Source of the DNA: an uncultured Candidatus Saccharibacteria bacterium
Lineage (GTDB): Bacteria > Patescibacteriota > Minisyncoccia > UBA6257
NCBI GenBank assembly: GCA_964479005.1
Contig: CAYZJA010000001.1
Coordinates: 224,001-288,000 of the forward strand
DNA: 64,000 bases
Direction: 5' to 3'
Part shown: positions 39,683 through 49,432 of the stretch, one piece after another
How the letters are laid out: the number at the start of each line of letters is the position of its first letter
Numbering within the stretch: the first letter of the stretch is position 1
Notes under the pieces: generated by a model
Seen by the model: the letters and a program-made list of their open reading frames with translations, nothing else
What the model was told of the DNA's origin: nothing
The model's database searches: none
Translations under genes and position numbers: made by a program

Positions 39683-40906
39683 CTACTTTCTTAATTCCTC
39701 GGTAATCTTCTCCATTTCCATTGAATGAGAACCTTTAATCAATACCAAATCACCTTTTTTTATTATTTTTTTAATTGATGTTTTTGCTTCTTGGCTATCT
39801 TTAAACCAAAAAGTTTCTATATTAGAATATTCATCATCAATTATTTGCTTTGCAAAAACCATTTCTTCCCCAACAGCAATAAAAACTTGAGCTATATTTG
39901 CTATGTCTTTTCCAATTTCTATATGAGCCTGATTTGAATTTACTCCTAATTCTTTCATATCCCCTAAAATAACGATTTTTCTTTTTGCAGGAACTTCTTT
40001 AAGTAAATCAAGCGCAACACGAACTGAATCTGGACAAGCGTTATAAGAATCATCTAATAGCCAGCTGTTATTTATCCCACGCATAAATTTTGTTCTGCCT
40101 TTCATTATTTTATAATTTTTCATTGCTTCGCTAATCTCTACCAAATTCATGTCTAAAGATAGCCCCACAGTAGCGGCGGCGGCTAAAGCATAAATTTGTC
40201 CTTTTCCAAAAACACCTTCAATCCTCACTGGCACAAAACTACCACTAGATTCTAAGCGAAAATTCATTCCTATATTTTCTAAATCCTCTGTGTTAATTAA
40301 TTTATATTCTGTTATTTTAACATCAGAATTTTCAGAAAAACCGTAAGAAAAAACTTTAGCAACGGTTTTGTCTTTTAAATTTAAAACTAACGGGTTATCG
40401 GCGTTTAAAACAATCGCATCATCCAAAGATAAACTTTGGGGCAAATAACTTATTTCTTCAATCAACTGATTAATATTTCTATAATACTCTAAATGAACAG
40501 GCGGATCTCCAATACTAGTAACTACACCTATTTTAGGCTGAGCTAAATTAACTAAATATTTTATCATGCCAGGAGCATCTTCAGACATCTCAAGAATTAA
40601 TATTTCTGGATATGTTTTTGTTTTAAAAATAAACAGCCAAAAAGTATGAAAAAAATTATAAAACCAAAGCAAAATATTTCGTTTAGCATCTTTGCCCCTA
40701 ATTATAGTAAGAGGCATTCCTATCTCTGTATTTAAATTAAAAATATTTCTTTCGACTCTAAATCTTTTTCTCAGAACAGTATAAATTGTTTCTTTTGTGG
40801 AAGTTTTTCCAACGCTTCCTGTTACGCCAATAATAAGAGGCTTATAGCGCCACAAAATAAGCTTTGCAAGATATTTAAGTATGTATTGAATAAATTTTCT
40901 TTTCAT
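39683..40906 (-). CDS. murF: UDP-N-acetylmuramoyl-tripeptide--D-alanyl-D-alanine ligase
   Basis: The IGVTGSVGKTSTKE P-loop and the Mur ligase domain order are present. Confidence 0.85.
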   Translation of the reverse strand: MKRKFIQYILKYLAKLILWRYKPLIIGVTGSVGKTSTKETIYTVLRKRFRVERNIFNLNTEIGMPLTIIRGKDAKRNILLWFYNFFHTFWLFIFKTKTYPEILILEMSEDAPGMIKYLVNLAQPKIGVVTSIGDPPVHLEYYRNINQLIEEISYLPQSLSLDDAIVLNADNPLVLNLKDKTVAKVFSYGFSENSDVKITEYKLINTEDLENIGMNFRLESSGSFVPVRIEGVFGKGQIYALAAAATVGLSLDMNLVEISEAMKNYKIMKGRTKFMRGINNSWLLDDSYNACPDSVRVALDLLKEVPAKRKIVILGDMKELGVNSNQAHIEIGKDIANIAQVFIAVGEEMVFAKQIIDDEYSNIETFWFKDSQEAKTSIKKIIKKGDLVLIKGSHSMEMEKITEELRK

Positions 40907-40920
40907 AATCTATAGCTCGT

Positions 40921-41045
40921 CTGATGGAATATTATATTAATTTATTGTTCCTCATCTGGAGGAACATTATATTAATTTATCAAAATTTGATAAATTAATT
41001 ATTATTCCTCGTCCGGAGGAATATTATAATAATTTATTAAAAATT
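40921..41045. repeat. Intergenic tandem repeats (about 35-40 bp) with a hairpin and a 20-bp palindrome, between ftsI and murF
   Basis: Three degenerate units each end in ATTATATTAATTTAT. Two contain a TTCCTC-N5-GAGGAA hairpin. A central near-perfect palindrome TTATCAAAATTTGATAA is also present. Confidence 0.5.
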
Positions 41046-42780
41046 GTTCAACTTCTCTAAAAGCTAAAGTTACTGTATAACTAGCAGCTTCTTTGCCCCA
41101 TTGTGGTCTATCCATTTTTACTAAAACAATATATTTGGGATTTGAAGCTGGAAAGAACCCCACAAAGGTGTGAATAACATCATCAGAATACCCTTTTTTA
41201 TCTTTTAGAGCCACAAAAGAAGTCCCTGTCTTGCCAGCAAGGCTATAGCCTTTAACTTTAGCATTCCCACCAAAACCATTTTCAATTACTCCGATTAACA
41301 TTGAGGTTAAGGTTTCTGCGGTTTCCTGTTTTATTACTTGAGGAAAATCTGATAAAGATTCAGTTAACATTAGAGTAGTGCGATTACCGGCTTTGTCTCT
41401 TGTACTTTCCACTAAATATGGAGTAACTAAATGTCCTTTATTCGCTATTGCCGTATAAGCTTTAAGTAATTCCATAGGCGTAACAGATATTCCAACTCCA
41501 TAAGAAGCAGTTGCAGAATATGTGGGATTGGATTTTGGATATTCTAAATTAGATAAATCACCACTGACTTCTAAAGGTAAATCTATTCCCGTTGTATCTG
41601 CAAAACCAAATTTTTTAAAATATTTTCTTAAATTCTCACTTCCTACTTTCTCAGATACAAAAATTGCTCCGGTATTTATAGAACGCTCTAAAACATCGCG
41701 CATTGTAGACTTTCCATGAACTTCATTTCGATAATTAGTCAAATGAAAACCACCCACTTCATAATACCCTTTATCAATATAAGTAGTATCTGGAGTAACT
41801 TTATCAATATCAAGACCAACTGCCATAGTAAAAGGTTTTATCACTGAGCCAGGTTCGTATCTTTCTTCTGTAGCAAAATTTCTAAAAATTGAATAATTCT
41901 CTATATCAGAAAAATCATTAAGATTAAATGTTGGTATATTGGCTAACGCTAAAATTCTTCCTGTTTTTACTTCCATTACAATAATTGTACCTTTACTTGC
42001 TTCCCTGTACTTTATCAAATCCTCCAAAATTCTGTCAGTAGCAAATTGAATATTTTTATCTATAGTGGTTTCAATTGAAAGTCCTTGAATAGTTTTTTCT
42101 TCTTCAGAAAAGTTGGAACGAACTAAACGCCCCAAGGCATCTTTAATGCCCATAAAAATGCCTTTCTTGCCAGAAAGAATAGTATCATAATAAGATTCCA
42201 ATCCATAACGCCCTTTAATTAATCCGTCGTCCGTCTCTCCTACAAATCCAATTACTTGGGCAGCAGAAGAACCTAATGGATAATAGCGATAACTCTCCTC
42301 TTCAAGATAAATACCTTTTATCTGCGCGTTCTGAATATTATCAATCAAATCATCGTCTTCAATTTTTTTAAGAAGTGGCTCATATGGATCATCTGCTTTA
42401 TTTAAACGTGAAAATATCTGCTCATAAGACAAAGGAATTATTTTTGATAAAAGCTCACTTGCTTCTTCTGGGTTTTCTATTTCTTTTGGAATGGCGTAAA
42501 GAGAATCATATTTTTTATTAATGGCAACAGGAATATATTCCTTATTTTTATCCTGAAAATAAATTAAACCCCTATTAGGGGGTAAAATTGTAGTTGTATC
42601 ATGAAGAGCTTCTGCCTGATTTACAAACTTTAAATTCTCTTTTACCTGAATGTTATAAAGCCGATAACCTAAAAATAGAAAAAGAATAATAAATAAAAAA
42701 TGAATAACGGAAATTTTTCCTTGAAAAGATTGGCTATTTCTACGAGTCCTTTTAAAAAAATTCTTATTTTTTCTTCTCAT
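41002..42780 (-). CDS. ftsI: Peptidoglycan D,D-transpeptidase (FtsI/PBP2 class B PBP)
   Basis: An N-terminal TM helix and the motifs SVIKPF (SxxK), SIN (SxN) and KTGT are present. Confidence 0.9.
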   Translation of the reverse strand: MRRKNKNFFKRTRRNSQSFQGKISVIHFLFIILFLFLGYRLYNIQVKENLKFVNQAEALHDTTTILPPNRGLIYFQDKNKEYIPVAINKKYDSLYAIPKEIENPEEASELLSKIIPLSYEQIFSRLNKADDPYEPLLKKIEDDDLIDNIQNAQIKGIYLEEESYRYYPLGSSAAQVIGFVGETDDGLIKGRYGLESYYDTILSGKKGIFMGIKDALGRLVRSNFSEEEKTIQGLSIETTIDKNIQFATDRILEDLIKYREASKGTIIVMEVKTGRILALANIPTFNLNDFSDIENYSIFRNFATEERYEPGSVIKPFTMAVGLDIDKVTPDTTYIDKGYYEVGGFHLTNYRNEVHGKSTMRDVLERSINTGAIFVSEKVGSENLRKYFKKFGFADTTGIDLPLEVSGDLSNLEYPKSNPTYSATASYGVGISVTPMELLKAYTAIANKGHLVTPYLVESTRDKAGNRTTLMLTESLSDFPQVIKQETAETLTSMLIGVIENGFGGNAKVKGYSLAGKTGTSFVALKDKKGYSDDVIHTFVGFFPASNPKYIVLVKMDRPQWGKEAASYTVTLAFREVEQFLINYYNIPPDEE

Positions 42781-42839
42781 AGAAAACTTATTATGAGTAA
42801 AACGAATAACAAGGTTCTGCGAGCAAAGCGAGTAGGTTC

Positions 42840-43307
42840 TTATTTTTGGGCTAAATTATCATTCATCAGATTTAAGTAAGAAATATGCCCTACTTTTATA
42901 AAACCATTGTCTTTAGCCCATTCTTCTATTTCTTGAGAAGAAGTGATAAATGCAGATTTTTCTGTTAAATAATCAAGTTCTTCTTGATTCTGGCTGATCT
43001 CATTTTTTAAATTATGAATCATGTAATTAAGAGAGATATTTTTCCCAAAAAGCACTAGCCAACAACTTCCAATCATTAAAAATGGAATTAAAAGAAGAAT
43101 AACTAATTTAATATGTCCTATATACTCCCCTGCTTCATTTATAAAACATTGCAATTTTCTTTTTTTGCGAGAGCTATACTTTCTAGCAGAGCGCAAAACA
43201 ATTGCATGTTTTCTATTATTTTTGTTGCAATTATAGATAGTTGTCATGAATGAGATTAAATAATTAATAGTAATTAAGTAATTTTGTAACTCATAATTTA
43301 CAATCAT
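42840..43307 (-). CDS. ftsL: FtsL-like cell division protein
   Basis: A single TM helix plus a coiled coil is present, positioned between rsmH and ftsI. The true start is probably internal. Confidence 0.5.
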   Translation of the reverse strand: MIVNYELQNYLITINYLISFMTTIYNCNKNNRKHAIVLRSARKYSSRKKRKLQCFINEAGEYIGHIKLVILLLIPFLMIGSCWLVLFGKNISLNYMIHNLKNEISQNQEELDYLTEKSAFITSSQEIEEWAKDNGFIKVGHISYLNLMNDNLAQK

Positions 43308-44201
43308 TCATAATCTTTCAGCAACGCGCAGTTTAGCAGAACGAGAACGTGGATTATTTCTAATTTCTTCTGGGCAAGGATTTATTGGTTTTTTAGTGAG
43401 TATACTCAATTCTCCAATTTTAGCTTTTTCTCTAAAGATATTTTTTATAATTCTATCTTCTAAAGAATGAAATGAAATTACTGCAATTCTTCCTCCTGGT
43501 TCTAATATTTTAATAGCCTGCTTAATTCCACTTTCTATTATTTGCAATTCATTATTTACAGCAATACGCAAAGCTTGAAATGTACGTGTGGCAAAATGTA
43601 TTCTTTTCTTGTCATAATTCTTTGGGAGGGTTCTTTTTAAAATATCTACCAACTGTTGAGTTCCAACAATCCTTTCTTTTTTCCTCACTTCTTTAATCGC
43701 TAAAGAAATACGACGCGCATACCTTTCTTCTCCAAATTCTTTTAAAATTTCTTCTATTTTCTCTATATCCCAAAAATTTATAATCTCTGCAGCTGTTAAA
43801 TCATTCTTAGGATTAAAGCGCATATCCAATGGTTCATCTTTCAAATAAGAAAATCCCTTTCCTGATGCTTCTAAGTGCCATGAACACATTCCTAAATCAA
43901 ATAAAATTCCGTGAACTGGCTTAAAATCATTTTCCTTAACAATCTTTTCCAAATTAGCGTAAGAATCATTTACTAAAATCAATCTATCTTTTAATTTTTC
44001 ATTTTTACTTTTTATTTCAGCGATTTTTCCTATAACTTCTTTTGATAAATCTATGCCTAATAATTTTCCATCTGGTTCGATCAATTTAAGAATAGTTAAC
44101 GCATGCCCTCCTTGACCTACTGTCGTATCAATAAAATTTTCGTTTGCTTGCGGGTCCAGATAATCAATTACTTCTTTTAGAAGGACTGGAACATGCGCCA
44201 T
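43308..44201 (-). CDS. rsmH: 16S rRNA (cytosine1402-N4)-methyltransferase RsmH
   Basis: MAHVPVLLKEV...DTTVGQGGH matches the RsmH N-terminus. Confidence 0.9.
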   Translation of the reverse strand: MAHVPVLLKEVIDYLDPQANENFIDTTVGQGGHALTILKLIEPDGKLLGIDLSKEVIGKIAEIKSKNEKLKDRLILVNDSYANLEKIVKENDFKPVHGILFDLGMCSWHLEASGKGFSYLKDEPLDMRFNPKNDLTAAEIINFWDIEKIEEILKEFGEERYARRISLAIKEVRKKERIVGTQQLVDILKRTLPKNYDKKRIHFATRTFQALRIAVNNELQIIESGIKQAIKILEPGGRIAVISFHSLEDRIIKNIFREKAKIGELSILTKKPINPCPEEIRNNPRSRSAKLRVAERL

Positions 44202-44205
44202 AATT

Positions 44206-44637
44206 TTATATTCCTAAATCTCCTAATTTTTCCGCTATATCACCAGATTCTTTTTCTGTTCTCTTTTTGTATTTTTCCCATTCTTTTTCATCCCAAACTT
44301 CTAAACGATTATAAACACCTGCCAAAACAATTTTCTTTTTTAACCCCACATATCTTCTTAAATAATCTGGAACAAGAATCCTCCCTTGGCTGTCTAACTT
44401 AATACCCATTGCACCAGCAAGCATTAGCCTGGAAAAAGCCCGAGAATTAGATTGGCTCAAAGGTAATCCTTTAATTTTTTCTGCCATTTGTTGCCAATCT
44501 TTTGAAGAGAAAATAAAAAGACAATTATCTAATCCTTTTGTAATAACTCCCCCTCTAGAAAGAACCTTCCTCAGCTTAGAGGGAATAGCTATTCTTCCTT
44601 TTGGATCTATTGTGTAATAATATTCTCCAATAAACAT
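44206..44637 (-). CDS. mraZ: Transcriptional regulator MraZ
   Basis: MFIGEYYYTIDPKGRIAIP is a typical MraZ N-terminus. The ORF-track extension MDKCGDKY is translated from the MraZ-box repeats. Confidence 0.85.
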   Translation of the reverse strand: MFIGEYYYTIDPKGRIAIPSKLRKVLSRGGVITKGLDNCLFIFSSKDWQQMAEKIKGLPLSQSNSRAFSRLMLAGAMGIKLDSQGRILVPDYLRRYVGLKKKIVLAGVYNRLEVWDEKEWEKYKKRTEKESGDIAEKLGDLGI

Positions 44638-44675
44638 AATAAATAAATTCAAAAGTTTTCCACAAAAAACATATT

Positions 44676-44706
44676 TATCCCCACACTTATCCACATCTAT
44701 CCACTT
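44676..44706 (-). promoter_or_regulatory. MraZ-box direct repeats (GTGG with 10-bp periodicity)
   Basis: The minus strand reads GTGGATAGAT GTGGATAAGT GTGGGGATAA immediately upstream of mraZ. A further TGTGGATAATATGGGG occurs about 120 bp upstream. Confidence 0.65.
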
Positions 44707-44844
44707 TCTTCCATTTTACTCCCCATTGACCCATAAAGTCAAGGAGGAAAAATAAAAAATCCTCTATTTTTAATAGAAGATTTTTCCGCTTAAATAAAGC
44801 AAAAGCTACAATATATTAATTAAAACCTAAAAACTATCCCCATA

Positions 44845-45189
44845 TTATCCACAAATTATTTTTATAGCTTTACCATTTATCAAAGCATCTGATATTTTCT
44901 TATATGCTGATAATAATATTCTTTGAAAAGTGCTTTGTGATGTATTCATCTTTTTAGCTGCTCCATGTTGGTCTAGATCTTTTATATTTTTCAATCTTAA
45001 AGCTTCTACTTCTTCAGCAGTTAATTCTACGATTTCTAAAAACCTCATTGGTATACCTTGGGGTTTAAAATAAGTTATATTTGTATTAAATCTAATTCTT
45101 CGACAAAGTCTTGGTCTTGGCATAGTTAAATTATTAAAATAATTGAGTAAGGCTATTCCAGCCCTTTTCAGTAAAAAGGGCTGGATCAT
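44845..45189 (-). CDS. DUF134/UPF0251 family DNA-binding protein
   Basis: FKPQGIP and an HTH-like C-terminus are present. The start is probably at MPRPRL. Confidence 0.55.
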   Translation of the reverse strand: MIQPFLLKRAGIALLNYFNNLTMPRPRLCRRIRFNTNITYFKPQGIPMRFLEIVELTAEEVEALRLKNIKDLDQHGAAKKMNTSQSTFQRILLSAYKKISDALINGKAIKIICG

Positions 45190-45203
45190 AACCTTTTTTG
45201 TCC

Positions 45204-45467
45204 TTATTTTTGGCTCTTTAGTTCAGCGAGGCGTTCTTTAATAGCCTTTAATTCATCTTCTAAAGCTTCGGTTTCATCAATCAACATCTCAGTTTCTTCT
45301 TTTTTTGTAATACGGGTTGAATATGGTGAATTATAGCCCCAGGATCTACCAAATCCACGTCCAAATCCGCGACCTCTTCCCCATCCCATTCCAGCGCCAC
45401 ATGGACCCATACCCCAGCCAGTTCCAGGACCGAAGCCTGAAGGACCAGTTCCATCAAATCTTGGCAT
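45204..45467 (-). CDS. DUF5320-like glycine-rich / coiled-coil protein
   Basis: A Gly/Trp-rich N-terminus (GWGMGPCGAGMGWGRGRG) is followed by a coiled coil (LEDELKAIKERLAELK). Confidence 0.55.
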   Translation of the reverse strand: MPRFDGTGPSGFGPGTGWGMGPCGAGMGWGRGRGFGRGFGRSWGYNSPYSTRITKKEETEMLIDETEALEDELKAIKERLAELKSQK

Positions 45468-45630
45468 ATTTTTATCTTTTAATTTTAATTTATCGTTATA
45501 AGATAGTCCGACCTTTGTACTAACTATCTGTTATGAGTATATACCCATAATTATCAAAAGTCAAGGGCTAATCTCTATAATAAAAATACAAGGAATTACT
45601 CCCTGTATTTTTAACTTTTTATAATTGATT

Positions 45631-45942
45631 CTAAAATTTTACTGCTGTTCCATAAACAAGAAGTTCAGCTGACCCTGCCATAATTGCAGAAGTTGTAAAA
45701 CGCACACCAATAATTGCATCAGCGCCTATTTCCTCAGCGCTTTTTACCATCCGCCTTAAAGCTTCTTCTCTCGCTTCATTAAGCGCTTCGGTATATTCTT
45801 TTATCTCTCCGCCAACAATGTTTCTTAAACCAGCAAGAATGTCTTTACCTATATGTTTAGCTCTAATAGTATTACCTTTTACTAAACCAAGAGTTTCTTT
45901 AATCTCTTGGCCAAAAATTTGATCAGAAGTAACAATAATCAT
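45631..45942 (-). CDS. YbjQ/UPF0145 family protein
   Basis: GADAIIGVRF and the overall size match the UPF0145 family. Confidence 0.8.
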   Translation of the reverse strand: MIIVTSDQIFGQEIKETLGLVKGNTIRAKHIGKDILAGLRNIVGGEIKEYTEALNEAREEALRRMVKSAEEIGADAIIGVRFTTSAIMAGSAELLVYGTAVKF

Positions 45943-45949
45943 GCTTTTA

Positions 45950-46156
45950 TTATATTTTATTATTTTTATTATCTTTAACCTTTTCTATAATTAAAGAAAC
46001 TATCATCATAACCATTCCTAAAATTAAACCAATTATCCCCCATTTTATTAAAAAAGGAACAGTAGAATCTTCTATAAATTTATACATACCAAATCCTATT
46101 AATACTAAGAAGCATAAACAAAAAATTGATAATCCTAAAATTTTTAATATTTTCAT
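45950..46156 (-). CDS. Small membrane protein
   Basis: Two TM helices are present in a 68-aa product. Confidence 0.4.
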   Translation of the reverse strand: MKILKILGLSIFCLCFLVLIGFGMYKFIEDSTVPFLIKWGIIGLILGMVMMIVSLIIEKVKDNKNNKI

Positions 46157-46218
46157 TCTTATACAGTTTTATTTTTACTGTAATAATTATAACACATAAA
46201 TAATTATAACGCATAGCA

Positions 46219-46262
46219 GTCTGAATACAAAAAGAGCCTTTTCGGGCTCTTTTCGTATTCAG
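46219..46262 (-). terminator. Rho-independent terminator downstream of the RRM gene
   Basis: The minus strand carries a TCTGAATACGAAAAGAGCCC-GAAAA-GGGCTCTTTTTGTATTCAGA hairpin, about 20 bp long with a T-rich 3' arm. Confidence 0.6.
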
Positions 46263-46274
46263 AAGAAAATTTAA

Positions 46275-46535
46275 TTAAAAACTTTTCTTCATTGGCTTTG
46301 CTTCATCAACTATGATAGTTCTTCCGTCTAATTCTTTACCATTGAACATTTCAACGGCTTTTTTTGCATCTGCTTCAGATGACATTTCTACAAAACCAAA
46401 ACCTTTTGATCTTCCAGAAAATTTATCTGTGATAACAGCTGCGGATTCTACTTTTCCAGCTTCAGAAAATAATTTCTCTAAGCTCTCTTGAGTAGTATCA
46501 TAGGAAAGACTGCCTACATAAAGTTTGTTACTCAT
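46275..46535 (-). CDS. RRM-domain RNA-binding protein
   Basis: RNP-2 LYVGSL and RNP-1 KGFGFVEM motifs are present. Confidence 0.85.
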   Translation of the reverse strand: MSNKLYVGSLSYDTTQESLEKLFSEAGKVESAAVITDKFSGRSKGFGFVEMSSEADAKKAVEMFNGKELDGRTIIVDEAKPMKKSF

Positions 46536-46709
46536 CTTTTGAACTTTTACTTAGCTTAACTTAATTTACGACCTCTTAAAGTATACATCCAATATCCTAA
46601 TATGTCAAATCAATGCCAAATAAAAGAGATGCCATTATCCCTGAAAATTAGTAATATTTTCGAATAACAGCACCCCCATTATAAAACATCTGGTTCTTTA
46701 TTTCACACT

Positions 46710-46949
46710 CTAACCCTTATGCTCCCTTGGGTCATCTCCATAGGTATATTCTGTTTGAATCTGACCGTCTTCCCGATGAATTATTATCTGACTGGGTTCA
46801 TTTGCTTTCGCTATTTCCTTTGCTCTCTCAATTGCTTCTTCTTTATTGCTAAATAAGCCCACGGGTTCGTCTATATTTTCTTCTTTGATTTTCCAATCCT
46901 TTTCTTGTCCAGGATTGGGAACTATGTGATAGACTTTTCTTGCAGCCAT
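46710..46949 (-). CDS. DUF2188 family protein
   Basis: YHIVPNPGQEKDWKIKEEN is present. Confidence 0.55.
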   Translation of the reverse strand: MAARKVYHIVPNPGQEKDWKIKEENIDEPVGLFSNKEEAIERAKEIAKANEPSQIIIHREDGQIQTEYTYGDDPREHKG

Positions 46950-47040
46950 AAATAATATTTAAATTATTAAGATTTTTAATTTAATTAATTAGCTCTCAGT
47001 CGACCTATTGAAAGAAATAAGAGCTCTTGGTCTATTTTTA

Positions 47041-47535
47041 TTATAACATATCAAGCCCCTCTCTGACACCAAAACGGAGTAATTGAGAAAAAATAGTCGG
47101 ATCTAAGGCGTATACAACGGCAAGAGCGGTAACAAAGATAATTATTGCTAACCATTTAGTATAGCGACCCCTGGTGCGAACAAATAATATTAACGCCAAA
47201 ACAGCCATAAGACCCGAGCCAACGACTTTAATATCGCCAAGTGGAATAGTATACCCAGCCACACTCTCTTGTGTAGTCCCTAAAAATGCTGCCAAATCAA
47301 AATTAATGTTAAAAGCAATAAAAATTACCTCAGCAATAAAAACGATTAAAAGCCCCCAAGAAGCCCATTTGGTTGACTTCCCCTCTGTTCGATAAACCTC
47401 ATAAATCACTGCGGGTAATAAGAATAGAATTGTTATAAGGGGATTTGATTTAATAATCCCAATTATAATCCCTAATAAAGCAAAAGCGCTAAGGATAAGA
47501 CAAATTAAGGTAGCATGTTTGTAAGCTTTAGCCAT
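47041..47535 (-). CDS. Integral membrane protein
   Basis: Four TM helices are predicted. Confidence 0.5.
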   Translation of the reverse strand: MAKAYKHATLICLILSAFALLGIIIGIIKSNPLITILFLLPAVIYEVYRTEGKSTKWASWGLLIVFIAEVIFIAFNINFDLAAFLGTTQESVAGYTIPLGDIKVVGSGLMAVLALILFVRTRGRYTKWLAIIIFVTALAVVYALDPTIFSQLLRFGVREGLDML

Positions 47536-47661
47536 TTTATTGATATTTTAAAAAATTAATTTATCTCGACCTTTCAATTATTCTAATTATAGCAAATTTT
47601 TAATCAATAAGAAAACAAAAGAGAGATCCAATTTGAACCTCTCTTCTCTTATATGCCTGAA

Positions 47662-48045
47662 TTAAATATCTAATCTAAATTCAATTCCATGATCTTCGAA
47701 ACCAAGGTATTTATACAATCTATGGACTTCGGGCCTGGAATGTCTACTTGTTGCAATTATTTTATAACATCCCTTTTTCTTTGCCTCATTAATCACTTCA
47801 TTAAGTAATTGAGTGCCTATACCTTGCCTTCTTAAACTTTCATTAATATACACATCTTCCAAAAAACCAAATGGTTCTTCATGAAGATTGTTTGAAAGAA
47901 TGAATAAAGAAGCCCTTCCTATTTCCTTACCATCAACTTCTGTAGAAAATCTTATGCCTTTAACCTTAATTTCTTTCTTTCTAACTTTCGTATTAACTTT
48001 CATAATCTCACCTTCTTTCTTCAGTATTTTATACAATGTTTTCAA
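47662..48045 (-). CDS. GNAT family N-acetyltransferase
   Basis: A RRQGIGTQLL acetyl-CoA-binding motif is present. Confidence 0.75.
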   Translation of the reverse strand: MKTLYKILKKEGEIMKVNTKVRKKEIKVKGIRFSTEVDGKEIGRASLFILSNNLHEEPFGFLEDVYINESLRRQGIGTQLLNEVINEAKKKGCYKIIATSRHSRPEVHRLYKYLGFEDHGIEFRLDI

Positions 48046-48482
48046 AGAACAAAATCTCCTTTTTTCTTTTTAATAAATATTACAATAGTCCCTATGATAC
48101 CAATTACAAACCCTAAAGGACAAACAAAAATTGCAATAATGAAAAATGCTATATGAAGAATTTCCATAAGCAAACTTAAAACACTAATTTGGCTAGTTAT
48201 GATAGCTAAAGCATAAAAAACATTATGTAAAAAAACAAAAACAAAAAACCCTGTCGCTGAAATTCCTGTTAGCATTAAAAACCTTTTAAGCACTCCGCCT
48301 ACCTTTTGTTTTAAGGTCAAAAATATCAAAGCAATACCCAACAAAGAAAAGATAATAAACGGCAATAAAAAAATAATGGAACCACTAATTAATTCTCCAA
48401 CTACTGGAATAAAAAATTGACTTACTATTAAAAGGAAAACTCCTATTAATGCCCAAAATGTTAATACTATAGATTTTTTCAT
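48042..48482 (-). CDS. Integral membrane protein
   Basis: Four TM helices are predicted, and the stop overlaps the GNAT start. Confidence 0.5.
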   Translation of the reverse strand: MKKSIVLTFWALIGVFLLIVSQFFIPVVGELISGSIIFLLPFIIFSLLGIALIFLTLKQKVGGVLKRFLMLTGISATGFFVFVFLHNVFYALAIITSQISVLSLLMEILHIAFFIIAIFVCPLGFVIGIIGTIVIFIKKKKGDFVL

Positions 48483-48496
48483 TCTGTATTCTGTTT

Positions 48497-49000
48497 TTAT
48501 AATTTTTCTTTTATTAGCTTATTTATTATAACACCTTGGCTAATAGATGCCATAATCATAATTAAAGCCAAGATTAAAATATATTTCCAGCCAAAATAAT
48601 AAATAGCAGCCGGCAAAATAGGTAATTTGATAGCCCGGTTATATAAAAAACAAGCAACAAAACCATAATCAAACCCTTTCTTCCTTAAATCTGCCAATAA
48701 AGGATACCATATATAAATTGGGCCCTCTGATAGAATTCCCCCTATAACAGCAAAAAACCATTTGTTTACACCCCTTTTATCAAAATACTTAAAAACAAAT
48801 TTTGGAGTAATAAAATAATTTGTTAGCACCATTAAAATCCAAACAAGGAAAAATATAGGAATAATCTTTATTAAAATCTGGCGAAAGAAAATTAAGCTGG
48901 AAATATATAGGTTTGGATTAACAAAAAATAAAAGGAGATAAAGCATCACCATAAACATAAAGAAAAACCAAGTTCCTGAAATCTTTTTAAATTGCAACAT
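48497..49000 (-). CDS. Putative permease, C-terminal half-like subunit
   Basis: A polytopic membrane protein translationally coupled to 49000..49410. Confidence 0.45.
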   Translation of the reverse strand: MLQFKKISGTWFFFMFMVMLYLLLFFVNPNLYISSLIFFRQILIKIIPIFFLVWILMVLTNYFITPKFVFKYFDKRGVNKWFFAVIGGILSEGPIYIWYPLLADLRKKGFDYGFVACFLYNRAIKLPILPAAIYYFGWKYILILALIMIMASISQGVIINKLIKEKL

Positions 49001-49410
49001 CAGACCAGATTTAATATTAAAACCGTAGTAAAAGCTACAATTATTGATAAAACAAAAGCGCTAAGATTGCGCCAAATAGCGAATCTTCTTCCTAAAATTA
49101 TAGATTCAGCAGGAATTTGAATAAAACCGACAGTTACCCATGCAACTAAGAAAGCAGTAACTGCAATTAAACTAATCCCCTGTTTAAGCATTTCCCCTCC
49201 TAAAATATAGCTAATAATAGGAGTGCCAGCAGAAATACTACCAATAATACTGCCGATAAAAGAATCAAAAATAATATTTTTGTTAAAAAATTTTGTATAA
49301 AATGATTCAGGCACAACTGTTGTTAATAGGCTAACAAGTAAAATTGTCCCTAAAATTAAGGGTAAAACTTTTCCTAATGATTCAGTTGCTTTAATAATAG
49401 ATTTTTTCAT
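49000..49410 (-). CDS. Putative permease, N-terminal half-like subunit (DUF318-like)
   Basis: Four TM helices are predicted, with a GxxxG-rich sequence. Confidence 0.45.
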   Translation of the reverse strand: MKKSIIKATESLGKVLPLILGTILLVSLLTTVVPESFYTKFFNKNIIFDSFIGSIIGSISAGTPIISYILGGEMLKQGISLIAVTAFLVAWVTVGFIQIPAESIILGRRFAIWRNLSAFVLSIIVAFTTVLILNLV

Positions 49411-49432
49411 TTTACCTAAATTATACTTTAAT

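Noticed and set aside
40921-41045. CRISPR array
   Set aside because: Only about three degenerate units are present. There are no unique uniform spacers, and no cas genes occur in the window.
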